Of a stretch of 64,000 bases of DNA, positions 14,267-27,700 are shown one piece after another. The notes below the pieces were generated by a model. That model was not told where the DNA came from. It made no database searches and saw nothing but the letters and a program-made list of their open reading frames with translations. Position 1 is the stretch's first letter; every line of letters begins with the position of its first letter. A program made the translations under genes and the position numbers. Source of the DNA: Paraspadella gotoi (Eukaryota; Animalia; Chaetognatha); the NCBI GenBank assembly GCA_051294375.1, contig CM119271.1, forward strand, positions 7,316,073 through 7,380,072. Direction: 5' to 3'.

Positions 14267-16482
14267 TTACCGCGCCGCCAGCAGCCGCTGAATGGAGTTG
14301 GACTGAAAGGAAAAGTTAGAGTCGGCGGCGGAGGCGTTTTTGCCCCCGGGCGACGCCTTGGCCGCCTCGCCGCCATCCCTCGCTACATCTCCCTCGCTGC
14401 CGAGACTCCGACGGACGGCGATGTTCTCTTGTTCTCCCCTGTCGACCTCGTCGAAGATCGGACGCGTGGCGTCCTCTACCGTCGATCTCTCCTCAGTGTT
14501 TCGTCCTCGATTCTTCAAAGAATCGAAAACGTTGAGCGACTTTCTAGGGACGTTGTGATCGAGGGAGCGGTCCGCGCCGCGATCTAGGACGCCGTTGACG
14601 AAGGGCGACGACTTTGGGGGCAGACCGTCGAATTCGGCTTCGTCAGAGGTTCCGCCGAGACTCCCTCCGACGCTGCCACCGGCGCTGCTCCCGCTGCCGA
14701 AGCCGTAGTGCTGTAGAGCGTCGGCGTACAGCTGTAGCGCGAACTGTTGCTGGTAAAAGTCAGACTGTTGTTGGTGATGTTGTTGTTGTTGTTGTTGTTG
14801 TGGTGGTGGTTGCTGATGATGCTGTTGCTGTTGCATTTTGTGTCGCAGCGAGTGGATCGAAGGCGACGGCTCGAAAGCCACGCCATCGTAGGCGTTCGGA
14901 GAAAAAGGAGCACGTCTGACGCCGGCGTTTCCGGCGACGTCGTGGTTGGCGTTGAAGGCGCGCTGCGTCCCCGGCGCCCCATTGAAGAAGGAAAAGGCGC
15001 CCGAGTCGGCGGCGCTCTTCGGCGTCGAGTGACCGACGAATCCGTTGGTGTGGGCGTGGCCGTTAAGATGGGAATTAAAGTGGTGGTTGTTGTTGTTGTT
15101 CCCGCCACCAGATGGCGACGAGGCGTCAAAAATTCCCCCCGGCGCCGGCGTTGACATGAGCGGCGGGCAAAAGCCTTGATTCGAAGCGCTCGGCAGCCGA
15201 TGCGGCGCCGACGGAGGAGACGCCGGTGATTCTGACAACGCCGACGGTTTGAATCCCAGCGCCTCTGGCGAGACGCTGCCGCCAGAGGAGGCGGATGAGG
15301 AAAAGGCGGCTCCGCCGCTGCCGGAATTCGTCGTCGTCGACAGCAGCGCCTCCAGACCCGGAAAATCGGCAACCTGGAGGCGAAGGTCGGCGCCGAAGCC
15401 GTTCGTCGTCGACGACGGCGATTTGGCGAACGGAAAACCGGAAGTCGAAGTAGAAGACGGCGTCGTGGCGCCGCCCGCCGATATGGCGCTGCCAACGCTG
15501 CCGACGAACGCCGGAAAGTGAGAAAATTCCGCGGCGCCGCTGGAGTCGTCGTGAGAAGAACCTTGCGAGGCGCCGCCGCCAGAATGCGGCGTGCCGGAGC
15601 CGGATGAAGACGACGCCGCTGCGCATACTCCCGCGCCGAATTCTATCTCCGCCGGCATCGACGAAGACGTCGAAGAAGACGCTGGCGGCGGCGGCATCCT
15701 CGAATGCCACATGGCCTGCATGGAGGACTTTTGCTTGATGTAGTTGGTGAATTCGGTCGGCGACATTCGACTCAATTTTTTGTAGCCGTAATTCGTCTTC
15801 GTCTTCGTTGAGCCGAATTTCGTCTGAGCGAACGACGCCGCCGTCATGTAGGTGGCTGCGTTGGGCGGCGGCCGAACCGGCGGCGGCGGAAACTGCGGCA
15901 CGAAGGGGTTGACGACGGTCGGGGGAAGGCCGGCGGCTGCGGCGGCGGCCGCTGCCGCTGCGGCGGCGGCCGCCGTGTTGGGGACGAGAGAAGGGGGTTG
16001 AGCCATGATGTCCTTGTTGGAGAGGGGACTGGGGAGGGGACAGCCGAAGTTGCCGACGCCACCAACGCTGCCGACCCCGACGCCGCTGACGCCGGCGACG
16101 CCGCTGACGCCGGCGACGCCGCCGACGCCGGCGACGCCGCCGGAATCGGGTGGCATTAGCGGCGGAATGGGGAAGGCCGTGGCTGAGGCGCGCAGCCCCA
16201 TGTTCTCCATGCAAGCCGCCAGCGCGTCGAACCCGACCGGGCCTCGGGCTTGCTCGACGCCGGCGGCCGAAACGGAACCGGAAGCCGCGCCGACGCCGCC
16301 GAACGCGGCGCCGCTCGGACCGAAAGACGCCGACGGAGCGGCGCCGCCGTTGAGAAGGGCGTGGAAGGAGGAGACGTCGCCGCCGAAAGACGACAAAGGT
16401 GGCGCTGGCGTCGTCGGCGTCACCGGAGACGACATTTTGGCGTCGGAGGCGGCGTCGCCGTCCGTGGAGTGAATTGGCGCCG
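14267..16482 (-). CDS. Tob: Tob coding exon 3 (long low-complexity C-terminus), intact copy
   Basis: Lies within the 769-aa ORF. Pyrimidine tract plus CACAG|CG acceptor at 16483/16482 is phase 1, matching exon 2. Contains the Tob-specific motif TAASFAQTKFGSTK...RMSPTEFTNYIKQK, polyA, polyQ and PAM2-like motifs. The three exons total 2595 nt = 864 aa + stop. Confidence 0.9.
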
Positions 16483-17137
16483 CTGTGAGAGAGGGAGGGG
16501 AGGAGTTGAGGTGGAGGGAATGATGGGAGAGAAAAAGTTGATAATCTTTTTTTTTTTTTTTTGGATAAAGTACCATTTTTCGATTTTATCAAATGACGCT
16601 GTCCTACAAAAGAGGTACAATAGTGGCTTGAAGAGTGTAGAGGGGGGGAAACTCTTCAGCAGGCCCTTTCAATGGAGGGGGTCTGGAGTCCGGGCTCTGG
16701 GGGGGGGGGGTTGGTTGCGCCCTTGTGATTAAACAAAAAAAAATAAGGAAAACAACACAATTTTAAAACCCCAATTGCAAGTAAGTAAATTACAGTAAAA
16801 CGAACGTATGTTGGGGCGGGCGGGCGCCTTTATACTCTCTTCTAGTTTATTTAGTTTGTTTGTTTATTTTTTTCATTGCAACCATTTTGTCTTTTTTTGA
16901 ATTAACCCCAAAAATTCGTTCGCTTTAAAGTCTTTGGCGCTTTTTTCTAAACGCGTCTTTCCGCGTTTTAACAACTTGTTTTGTTTACAAAGCCTCGTCA
17001 TCGATCTGTTATTTTGTTTTGAAAAGGTGGCGCTTCGAGGGTCAAGGTGAGAACTTAAACCGGAAACAAAAGCCAATTCGATGAGGCGCAGAGTGACAAA
17101 TGTTCCCCAAAAATTGCTTTCTTGTCATCGTATGCGC

Positions 17138-17139
<2 letters not shown>

Positions 17140-17172
<33 letters not shown>

Positions 17173-17473
17173 AGAAGAGAAGAGAGAGAGAAGCGAGAGA
17201 GAGAGAGAGAGAGAGAGAAAGTCTCTTCTTTGACTTTTACGCCACCCCAAGAAAAACAAATAGCTAAACGAGGTCCTGAAATTTGGTGCTGAGACCCCAA
17301 CGATGGAAGAGAGAAAAACGAGGATGAGAAAGTTTGTGTCCATGACAACATGACAAAAAGTTGTTTATTCGAAAAGAAAAGATAAATCGATTTTTGAAAT
17401 TCGACTTCCACTCAGTTAAGACTTAGAGAGAGAGAGAGAGAGAGAGAGAAGAGAGAGGAGAGAGAGAGAGAGA

Positions 17474-17548
<75 letters not shown>

Positions 17549-17987
17549 CAAAAGTTGTGGAGAAATTCAGTTTCAATTTCTTTGTCGATTTCTGAATCTA
17601 AGTTAAGTTTGGACACTAATTGAGATCATAAGGAAAAAAAGGAAAAAGGAAAAAAGAAAAAGAAGAAAAAAAGAAAAGAAAATAATGGAAAAGAAATTAA
17701 GAAAGAAAAGAAGAGAAAAGTGAGGAAAAAGAAAAGGAAATAAGAGCGAAGAAAAGAAAAGAAAAGAAAAGAGATTAGCAGATGAATGAGGACAGAAAAG
17801 GGATGCGCGTCGGCAGCGGCGGCGGCGGCGGCGGCGGCAGGACCGGCGTCAAGGCTCGTGGCGGCAGCGGCGACGCCGACGACGACCCCGGCGACGGCGA
17901 GGAAGACGGATAGTACAAGGAAGCACCGCAAACGAGGAGAAAGGCGACGACGAAGACGAAGTCGAAAAAAGGACGAATGACGAAAAA

Positions 17988-18041
<54 letters not shown>

Positions 18042-19338
18042 TGAATTATGCGTCGTCCGCCACCGATTTCTCGTTTCAGGCGGAAAAGACGCTTAATCGA
18101 GAATCGAGGAAATATTGTCGAGTCCGCGGCGTTTCCTCTTATTCTGTCTGTCCTTTGGTCTGTCTGTCTCGCTGTCCATACGTCTCTCTGTCTGACTCTC
18201 TCTTTTCGTCTGCACGTCTCTCTTTCCGCATGAGTGTCTTTTTAAGTTTTTTTTCTCACTCATTCTTTGTTGAATTGTATGAAATTAGTTCAACTAATAT
18301 ATAATCATCTATTCATTTTATAAATAAGCTGTCTTGACCCCCAGACATTGGACAATGGACAGGCGTGGGTGGGTTAAGACTTAAGACTTTCATAACTCTT
18401 GCAAGATAATAACTTAGCAAGACCCTCAGCCTCCAAGCTTTCAATAAAGACTCTCTATGGAGACGGAGAGGAGGAGGGGGTTGGAGAGGGAGAGAGGAAA
18501 CGAATGGAAATGAGAGGGAAATTGAAAAAAAAGAGAGATGAGAGAAAGAGAGAGAGACGAAGGAGAGGGAAAAAGGAGAGGAAAAAAAGCGGGGGAGGAG
18601 GAAAGAAAGAAAGAAGAGAAAAGAAAAGAAGAAGAAAGAAGAAAAGAAAAGAAAGAAAAAAGAAAAGAAAGAAAGAAAGAGAGAAAGGAGAAGAAATGAG
18701 AGAAGATAAGGAGAGAGAGGTGAGTGAAAAGAAATAGAAAATTAAGAGAAAATATTAATGGTTGAGAAGAAAGAGAAAAAAAGAAAGAAAGAAAGAAAAT
18801 AAAGAAGAAAGAAAGAAAGGGACAGAGACAGAGATTGCACGATAGGCGTATGCCGAGAGAGCGAGTGCTTTTTTTCTCTCTCTCTCTCTCCCTTTCGTCG
18901 TAAGATGCTCAAAATGAGTAAAAATATAATTTGGAAATGGAAACCGGCCGGCGACGAGACCGAGGCGGCGAAAGGCCGGCGCCCGGGAGAAAGCCGTGAG
19001 AAGGGGCATAAAGAAATGAAGAGAAAGCTGGGGAAGAGGGAAGCCGTCGTGTCGGTCGTCGTTTGTCGTCGTCGTTGTGTCGTGTGTGGATGTTGTTATG
19101 TGTCGTTTTTCTCGATTTCTCATTCTTGATTTCGTCCGCGAGTAAGCTCGAGAGGCGCCGAGTGTATGGAAACGCGTGTCTGAACGCGAAGGGGGGATGC
19201 GAGTGGAAGCGAGGACGGAAGCGGATGTAGAGAGTAGCCTGCTGGACGCAATGATTGTAAACAGTAATAGTTGTGGCGGTGACTATTGTCGTAGCGGAGC
19301 CTAAGGACGGAAGCCGAGGAAGAGTGGGGGAGGGAGAG

Positions 19339-19371
<33 letters not shown>

Positions 19372-19950
19372 TAGAGGAGAGAGAGAGATAGAGAGAGGAT
19401 GATGAGAAGAGAGAGAGAGAGAGAGAGAGAGGAAGAGAGGAAAGAAAGTCTCTTTTGGTCTCTCGCCCTCCGTCTCTTAAAAGAAAAGAAAATTACTTCA
19501 AAGAGGAGGAGAGAGTGAAGAGAAAAAAGAGAGAGAGAGAGAGAGAGAAAGGAGAGAGAACGAGAGAGGAGAGAGAAGAGAGAGAGAGAGAAGAGAAAGA
19601 GAGAGAGAGAACTTTGACGATTGGTGTAGTAAAGAACGCAGAAAAACAAAAGTGAGTATGAGTAAGCATTTTTTTTGTTGAAAAACGGAAAGAAAATTGA
19701 AAATAGTCGAGAAAAAAAAACGAGGGGAAATAGAAAAAGTGGAAAAAAGAAAAAGAAAAAAAAAAGATAAAGCATAAGGGAATGAAAAAAAAACGAGCTG
19801 GGGCGTCAAGAAGAAAAAAGAGAAAAGAAAAAGACAGACGAACGGTCGAAGTAAAAGAAATAAGAAAGAAGAAAGAAAAGAAGAAAGAAAAAGAAAGAAA
19901 GAAAGAAAGAAAAAAAAAAGAAAGAAAGAAAGAAAAAGAAAAATAATAAT
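17140..19950. repeat. Polypurine (GA)n/(GAAA)n and (GAC)n microsatellite-rich intronic region
   Basis: Long GA, GAAA and GAC tracts. Similar tracts throughout the window generate the SLSL, RERE and DDDD ORFs. Confidence 0.9.
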
Positions 19951-20460
19951 AAAAATAAATTAAATAATATAAATTATTAAATTATAAACCACCCATTAAC
20001 TTTATAAATTAATTAAATTATTAAAATCCGCATTACTTATAAATTAAATTAAATAATTTATAAACCCATTTAACTTTTCTGTTTTGGCCGATGTCAGGTT
20101 CGTGAGAAGAACGAGAAGAGAGGAGAGAAGACGATGAAGAACGAAATGAAAGAACAGAGAAGATGTAATAATGTACATTACAGCAATTCCGCCGATTGCT
20201 AATCTTTTCAAATACAATTTGGAAACATTCTTTGAATATCATACATTTATTTATAGGGAAGCCAGGTACTCTGCTACTCACAAAGTTTATCTGCTCAACA
20301 GTCACTTGATTGAAATATTGAAGGGACATTCCTATGCCATTATCTTGTAAGAGTGGAATAGAGGCCTTAAACCACGCAAAGCCCGTACCAAAAGTCGAGT
20401 GGCAAGATAGCTTATTTATTAATGAATGGATAATTTTTTACATTGGTTGTACCAATTTCA

Positions 20461-20899
20461 ATAGAGAGTCTTTATGAAAGCTTGGAGGCTGAGGGTCTTG
20501 CTAAGTTATTATCTTGCAAGAGTGTTATGAAAGTCTTAAGTCTTAACCCACCCACGCCTGTCCATTGTCCAATGTATCTGGGGGTCAAGACAGCTTATTA
20601 TAAAATTGAATAGATGATTATAATATTAGTTGAACTAATTTCATAACAATTTCACCAAAAGAATGAGTGAGAAAAAAAATTAAAAAGACACTCAATGCGG
20701 AAAAGAGAGACGTGCAGACGAAAAGAGAGAGTCAGACAGAGAGACGTATGGTACAGCGAGACAGACAGACCAAAGGACAGACAGAATAAGAGGAAAACGC
20801 CGCGGACTCGACAATATTTCCTCGATTCTCGATTAAGCGTCTTTTCCGCCTGAAACGAGAAATCGGTGGCGGCGACGCAAATTCAGTCGTCGTCGTCGT

Positions 20900-20958
<59 letters not shown>

Positions 20959-21480
20959 TTTTTCGTCATTCGTCCTTTTTTTCGACTTCGTCTTCGTGTC
21001 GTCGCCTTTCTCCTCGTTTTTGCGGTGCTTCCTTGTACTATCCGTCTTCCTCGCCGTCGCCGGGTCGTCGTCGGCGTCGCCGCTGCCGCCACGAGCCTTG
21101 ACGCACCGGTCCTGCCGCCGCCGCGCGCCGCCGCCGCTGCCGACGCGCATCCCTTTTCTGTCCTCATTCATCTGCTAATCTCTTTTCTTTCTTTTCTTTT
21201 CTTCGCTCTTATTTCTTTTCTTTTTTCCTCACTTTTCTCTTCTTTTCTTCTTAATTTCTTTTCCATTTTATTTTCTTTTCTTTTTTTCTTTCTTTTTCTT
21301 TTTTCCTTTTTTTCCTTATGATCTCAATTAGTGTCCAAACTTAACCTTAGATTCAGAAAATCGACAAAGGAAAAATTGAAAACTGAATTTTCTCCCACAA
21401 CCTTTTGTCTCTCTCCTCTCTTCTCTCTCCTCTCTCTCCTCTCTCTTCTCTCTCCTCTCTCTCTCTGCTCTCTCTCTCTC

Positions 21481-21520
<40 letters not shown>

Positions 21521-21722
21521 GTCTTAACTGAGTGGAAGTCGAATTTCAAAAATCGATTTATCTTTCTTTTTCGAATAAACAACTTTTTGTCATGTTGTCA
21601 TGGACAACAACTTTCTCATCTCGTTTTCTCTCTTCCATCGTTGGGCGTCCAGCACCAAATTTTCAGGACCCTCGTTTAGGCTATTTTGTTTTCTTGGGGT
21701 GGCGTAAAAGTCAAAGAAGAGA

Positions 21723-21763
<41 letters not shown>

Positions 21764-24700
21764 GCTCTCTCTCTCTCTCTCTCTCTCTCTCCTGCTCTCA
21801 TCTCTCTCTCTGCTTCCCTCTCTCTCTCTCTCGTCGCGCATACGATGACAAGAAAGCAATTTTTTTGGGGAACATTTGTCACTCTGCGCCTCATCGAATT
21901 GGCTTTTGTTTCCGGTTTAAGTTCTCACCTTGACCCTCGAAGCGCCACCTTTTCAAAACAAAATAACAGATCGATGACGAGGCTTTGTAAACAAAACAAG
22001 TTGTTATTAAAACGCGAAGACGCGGTTTAGAAAAAAAGCGCCAAAGACTTTAAAGCGAAGCGAATTTTTGGGGTTAATTCAAAAAAAAGACAAAATGGTT
22101 GCAATGAAAAAAAATAAACAACAAAAACTAAAATTAACTAGAGAGAGAGTATAAGAGGGGCCCCGGCCCCCCCACTTACGTCGTTTACTGTAATTTACTA
22201 CTTGGCAATGGGTTTTAAAATTGGTGTTGCTTTTCCTTATTTTTTTTTGTTTATCACAAGGGCGCAACCAACCCCGCCCCCCCAGAGCCCGGACTCCAGA
22301 CCACCCCTCATTAAAGGGCCTGCTGAAGAGTTTCCCCCCCCCTCTACACTCTCAACCACTATGTACCCTCTTTTGTAGGACAAAGCGTCATTTGAGTAAA
22401 ATCGAAAAAATGGTACTTTATCCAAAAAAAAAAAAAAAAGATTATCAACTTTTTCTCTCCCATCATTCCCTCCACCCTCACCTCCCCTCCCTCTCTCACA
22501 GCGGCGCCAATTCACTCCACGGACGGCGACGCCGCCTCCGACGCCAAAATGTCGTCTCCGGTGACGCCGAACGACGCCAGGCCCACTTTGTCGTCTTTCG
22601 GCGGCGACGTCTCTCCTTCCACGCCTTCTCAACGGCGGCGCCGCTCCGTCGGCGTCTTTCGGTCCGAGCGGCGCCGCGTTCGGCGGCGTCGGCGCGGCTT
22701 CCGGTTCCGTTTCGGCCGCCGGCGTCCGAGCAAAAGCCCGAGGCCCGGTCGGGTTCGACGCCGCTGGCGGCTTGCATGGAGAACATGGGGCTGCGCGCCT
22801 CAGCCACGGCCTTCCCATTCCGCCGCTAATGCCACCCCGATTCCGGCGGCGTCGCGGCGTCGGCGGCGTCGCCGGCGTCGCGGCGTCGCGGCGTCCAGCG
22901 GCGTCGGGTCGGCAGCGTTGGTGGCGTCGGCAACTTCGGCTGTCCCCTCCCCAGTCCCCTCTCCCACAGGACATCATGGCTCAACCCCCTTCTCTCGTCC
23001 CCAACACGGCGGCCGCCGCCGCAGCGGCAGCGGCCGCCGCCGCAGCCGCCGGCCTTCCCCCGACCGTCGTCAACCCCTTCGTGCCGCAGTTTCCGCCGCC
23101 GCCGGTTCGGCCGCCGCCCAACGCAGCCACCTACATGACGGCGGCGTCGTTCGCTCAGACGAAATTCGGCTCAACGAAGACGAAGACGAATTACGGCTAC
23201 AAAAAATTGAGTCGAATGTCGCCGACCGAATTCACCAACTACATCAAGCAAAAGTCCTCCATGCAGGCCATGTGGCATTCGAGGATGCCGCCGCCGCCAG
23301 CGTCTTCTTCGACGTCTTCGTCGATGCCGGCGGAGATAGAATTCGGCGCGGGAGTATGCGCAGCGGCGTCGTCTTCATCCGGCTCCGGCACGCCGCATTC
23401 TGGCGGCGGCGCCTCGCAAGGTTCTTCTCACGACGACTCCAGCGGCGCCGCGGAATTTTCTCACTTTCCGGCGTTTCGTCGGCAGCGTTGGCAGCGCCAA
23501 ATCGGCGGGCGGCGCCACGACGCCGTCTTCCACTTCGACTTCCGGTTTTTTCCGTCGCCAAATCGCCTCGTCGACGACGAACGGCTTCGGCGCCGACCTT
23601 CGCCTCCAGGTTGCCGATTTTCCGGGTCTGGAGGCGCTGCTGTCGACGACGACGAATTCCGGCAGCGGCGGAGCCGCCTTTTCCTCATCCGCCTCCTCTG
23701 GCGGCAGCGTCTCGCCAGAGGCGCTGGGATTCAAACCGTCGGCGTTGTCAGAATCACCGGCGTCTCCTCCGTCGGCGCCGCATCGGCTGCCGAGCGCTCG
23801 AATCAAGGCTTTTGCCCGCCGCTCATGTCAACGCCGGCCCGGGGGGAATTTTCGACGCCGCGTCGCCATCTGGTGGCGGGAACAACAACAACAACCACCA
23901 CTTTAATTCCCATCTAACGGCCACGCCCACACCAACGGATTCGTCGGTCACTCGACGCCGAAGAGCGCCGCCGACTCGGGCGCCTTTTCCTTCTTCAATG
24001 GGGCGCCGGGACGCAGCGCGCCTTTCAACGCCAACCACGACGTCGCCGAAACGCCGGCGTCAGACGTGCTCCTTTTTCTCCGAACGCCTACGATGGCGTG
24101 GCTTTCGAGCCGCGCCTTCGATCCACTCGCTGCGACACAAAATGCAACAGCAACAGCATCATCAGCAACCACCACAAACAACAACAACAACAAAATCACA
24201 ACAACAGTCTGACTTTTACCAGCAACAGTTCGCGCTACAGCTGTACGCCGACGCCTCTACAGCACTACGGCTTCGGCAGCGGGAGCAGCGCCGGTGGCAG
24301 CGTCGGAGGGAGTCTCGGCGGAACCTCTGACGAAGCCGAATTCGACGGTCTGCCCCCAAAGTCGTCGCCCTTCGTCAACGGCGTCCTAGATCGCGGCGCG
24401 GACCGCTCCCTCGATCACAACGTCCCTAGAAAGTCGCTCAACGTTTTCGATTCTTTGAAGAATCGAGGACGAAACACTGAGGAGAGATCGACGGAGAGGA
24501 CGCCACGCGTCCGATCTTCGACGAGGTCGACAGGGGAGAACAAGAGAACATCGCCGTCCGTCGGAGTCTCGGCAGCGAGGGAGATGTAGCGAGGTGGCGG
24601 CGAGGCGGCCAAGGCGTCGCCCGGGGGCAAAAACGCCTCCGCCGCCGACTCTAACTTTTCCTTTCAGTCCAACTCCATTCAGCGGCTGCTGGCGGCGCGG

Positions 24701-27700
24701 TAAGGGGACAAAAAAAGAGAGGGAAATGTCGGACCACGTGCCGAGCCGCCTTCACGCCGAAATCTCTTGTCACGTTCGGGATTATTTTTTATTAATTATT
24801 TTTTAGTAGCGTTTAGTGGTGAATTTTACGTGGTTGAGTGCGAGTAGTTTTTTTTTTTCTTTTTATCCCCATCACAATTTTTACCACATCATTTTTTTTT
24901 ATTCATAGATTTTTGGTTTAATTCCGCAACGGAATCTTCTCAAATAATTTCTCAGATTCTGTAAAAAAAATCTCAACCAACGCATTTGAGAAAAAAAAAG
25001 TCTCATTAAAAAAAAATAAATAGATAAAGCGGCGAAGCTAATAGCATGTCGAGCAACATTGCAAAATCGTCGATCAATAGAAGGCCAAATACAACCTCAA
25101 AAAGAAATCTTATTCTAGTCTTTTTTTTTCTTGAAGAATGTATTGCTAAAAAAAGATGAACCTTCATATATATTAAAAACGGATTGGTCGCTGCTTAAGT
25201 TTGATCGTATTTATTTTCATATTCTCTTATTTTACATTAAACGACAAACCACCACGAGATTTATATTTGTATGAACCCCCTGATGAAACCATAAGACGAG
25301 AAAAAAAAATCTACGATGCTCTTTTGTGTACCTCTTCGATTTAATTTTTACCAGCCCATCACGCCCTCTCCTCCCTTTTCCCCGCCTCCTTTCATTTTTT
25401 GCTCTTGATACGTTTTTTACCATTTTTCTAAAGCGAAAAAAAAAAAAAATTTGCCTTTTGAGCGATGCACTATTTTTTGTGGTTTTCTCCAAATGAATCG
25501 ATTTAGAGTGAGAGAGAGAGAGAGTCAATGATTGTGTGGTCTTCCCAGTTTGAGGCGACAACAATAAATGTGAATACAGCGAAAACCAAAGGCTTTCGTC
25601 GGTCCTTTGTCGTTTCCGGTGCGCTGTAGGACCGACGCTGCGATTAGGATTTTAAAATTTTAGTTTTTTCTCCATGTCTTTTTATTAAAATTTTTTTTAT
25701 CTTTTAAAGAAGTGTAAAATTTCTTGTTTAAAAAAAAATTATAAACAAGAGAATGTCGCTCCCAAAATGCACTGTATTGAGCGCTGGCAAATGACCGAGA
25801 AAGTTATTTTTAAAGCTGTGAGATAGATAAACAGTAATCAGAATGCATTAGCGTTTGTAATTCACAATAGTAATTAGTTGTGTACACAAATCTGATAACT
25901 GTAGTTCGAATTTCTAACATCAAAATCCAATTTTATACACCCCAATGATTTTACGTTTGGCAATGACACCTCTTTATGTATGGGTATACCAAAATGTAAT
26001 CTTTTCTATTGTTTAGTACAGTTCTTATACTTTTATAAGATTTCTATCATGAGACATGATAAAGAGCAATGAAATTAACTATCATAAGATCTTATAGCCT
26101 AGATTACCTTGATATTTGTTAGTTTATAGTTACACAGTGTGTATTTGTACTGTACTTGCTATTAATAGCCTTTGTAATTGACTACTTAGTGACTGCAGTA
26201 CACCAGTAACTCAACTGGTTTATTTTTGGCTTTTGAAACGCAGGGAGTACTGTTTGAATTTCCGAATCATATGAAACCCAATCATTGTTTGAATTATATT
26301 TAACTCGAACTAAACCCTAGTCATTAACAGTAGTGACTTAAAATTTATACGACCCATTGTTTAAATTCCAATTGAATGACACTAACAAAGGAACTTTAGA
26401 GCATGAGCGTAGAAAACGGTTGATGATTTGAACATTGAAAAAGCCAAATTGAAGGAATCTTGATTTATTACAATATTTTTAAAATGTTTGTTGGCAATAA
26501 AAAAGCACTCTTCTAACTGTTGATGAATTTTTTATAATCGTCTTAAAAAAATGTCAAGTTGAAAATTTGAAATTAAGTTATTGTTATTTGTTATACCTTT
26601 TATGATATCTATTCGGTTTAATCATTCGCCTTAACCATCCTTCTTACTTGGCTTTAGTGAATAGACAAAAACCGTGATTAATAAATCTGTAATGAACCGG
26701 CGGTCTCAAAGACTGTTAATCATGCATGCTAAGTTCAATATTAAGACTATGAAGATATAAAATTCTAACAAAAATTGAATAGCTCTTTAGTTATCATTCC
26801 GTCGTAAAAATTAAATTATTGTCACTCCTGCAGGCTTTTATAACCCTTATCGAATTTAGTGAAAAGAATTGGTTTTTGGAAACTTAACGACGAAACAAGC
26901 ATGGTGTAGCAAGTGATATACTTCTGTAATTTGGTGAAGTTTTACTAGTTTTACTTTTAGACTCCATTACGTTCCATACAGAAAAAACGGAATAATTTTT
27001 TTTACTTTTAGGATTTTTTTTCGCACTTTACTTTTATAGAAACAGATTTTTTTTTCATTATAAAAGAAGACTTTCCCATTTTTTAATCTAGACAATACCA
27101 TTTCATTAAATGACAGTGAAAAAGCCTGATAATTGCGGCATTTGTAACAATCTACAAAGGAATTTTCCTATGATTTTTTTATGTGAGACCTTATAATAAA
27201 ACATTAAAAGACATATCCTCTTTAATTTTGTACGGGAACTTTGTAATAGTTGTTGTTAATCATGTCATTAATGGTACTGTACCGGAATTTGATGGAAAAT
27301 GTTGTATGTAACTGAATAAATTATCTCTTTTTATTGACCGATCGTGTTTTTTCTAATCACTAAATAAGAACAATCATGATAATATTTAATTTACTAGAGT
27401 GTGATCGCCTGATACTGAAAACCAGAGTGCTGCCACGTCTAGTTAGTTGAGACGAGTTGACAACTCGTTGACAACGCTAAAAAGGTCGGGTTTGAATCAT
27501 AGATGATAAGATATAGATATTACTTTTTATTAGCTACAATTTTCAGTAAGCGCCATTAACTAATGGCATTAGTTATCATTGACAAAGTTTTGAGACCGCC
27601 GATGGAATTAGTGATCATATTGAATTTCGCCACCATGCAGAGTTTTGCTTTCTTTTTTATCTGCAGAAAATTTGCGTGCTCGCCTCTTTACCGCCTTCTC

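Noticed and set aside
16483-16576. N-terminal MVLYPKKKKK... of the 769-aa ORF as a standalone gene start
   Set aside because: It is intronic poly(A) and pyrimidine tract upstream of the CACAG acceptor; the ORF is the terminal exon of Tob.
14584-16592. Overlapping 488-aa and 303-aa Arg-rich ORFs (also the 593-aa ORF at 22549)
   Set aside because: These are alternative frames of the GC-rich Tob exon 3, or frameshift mosaics of it.
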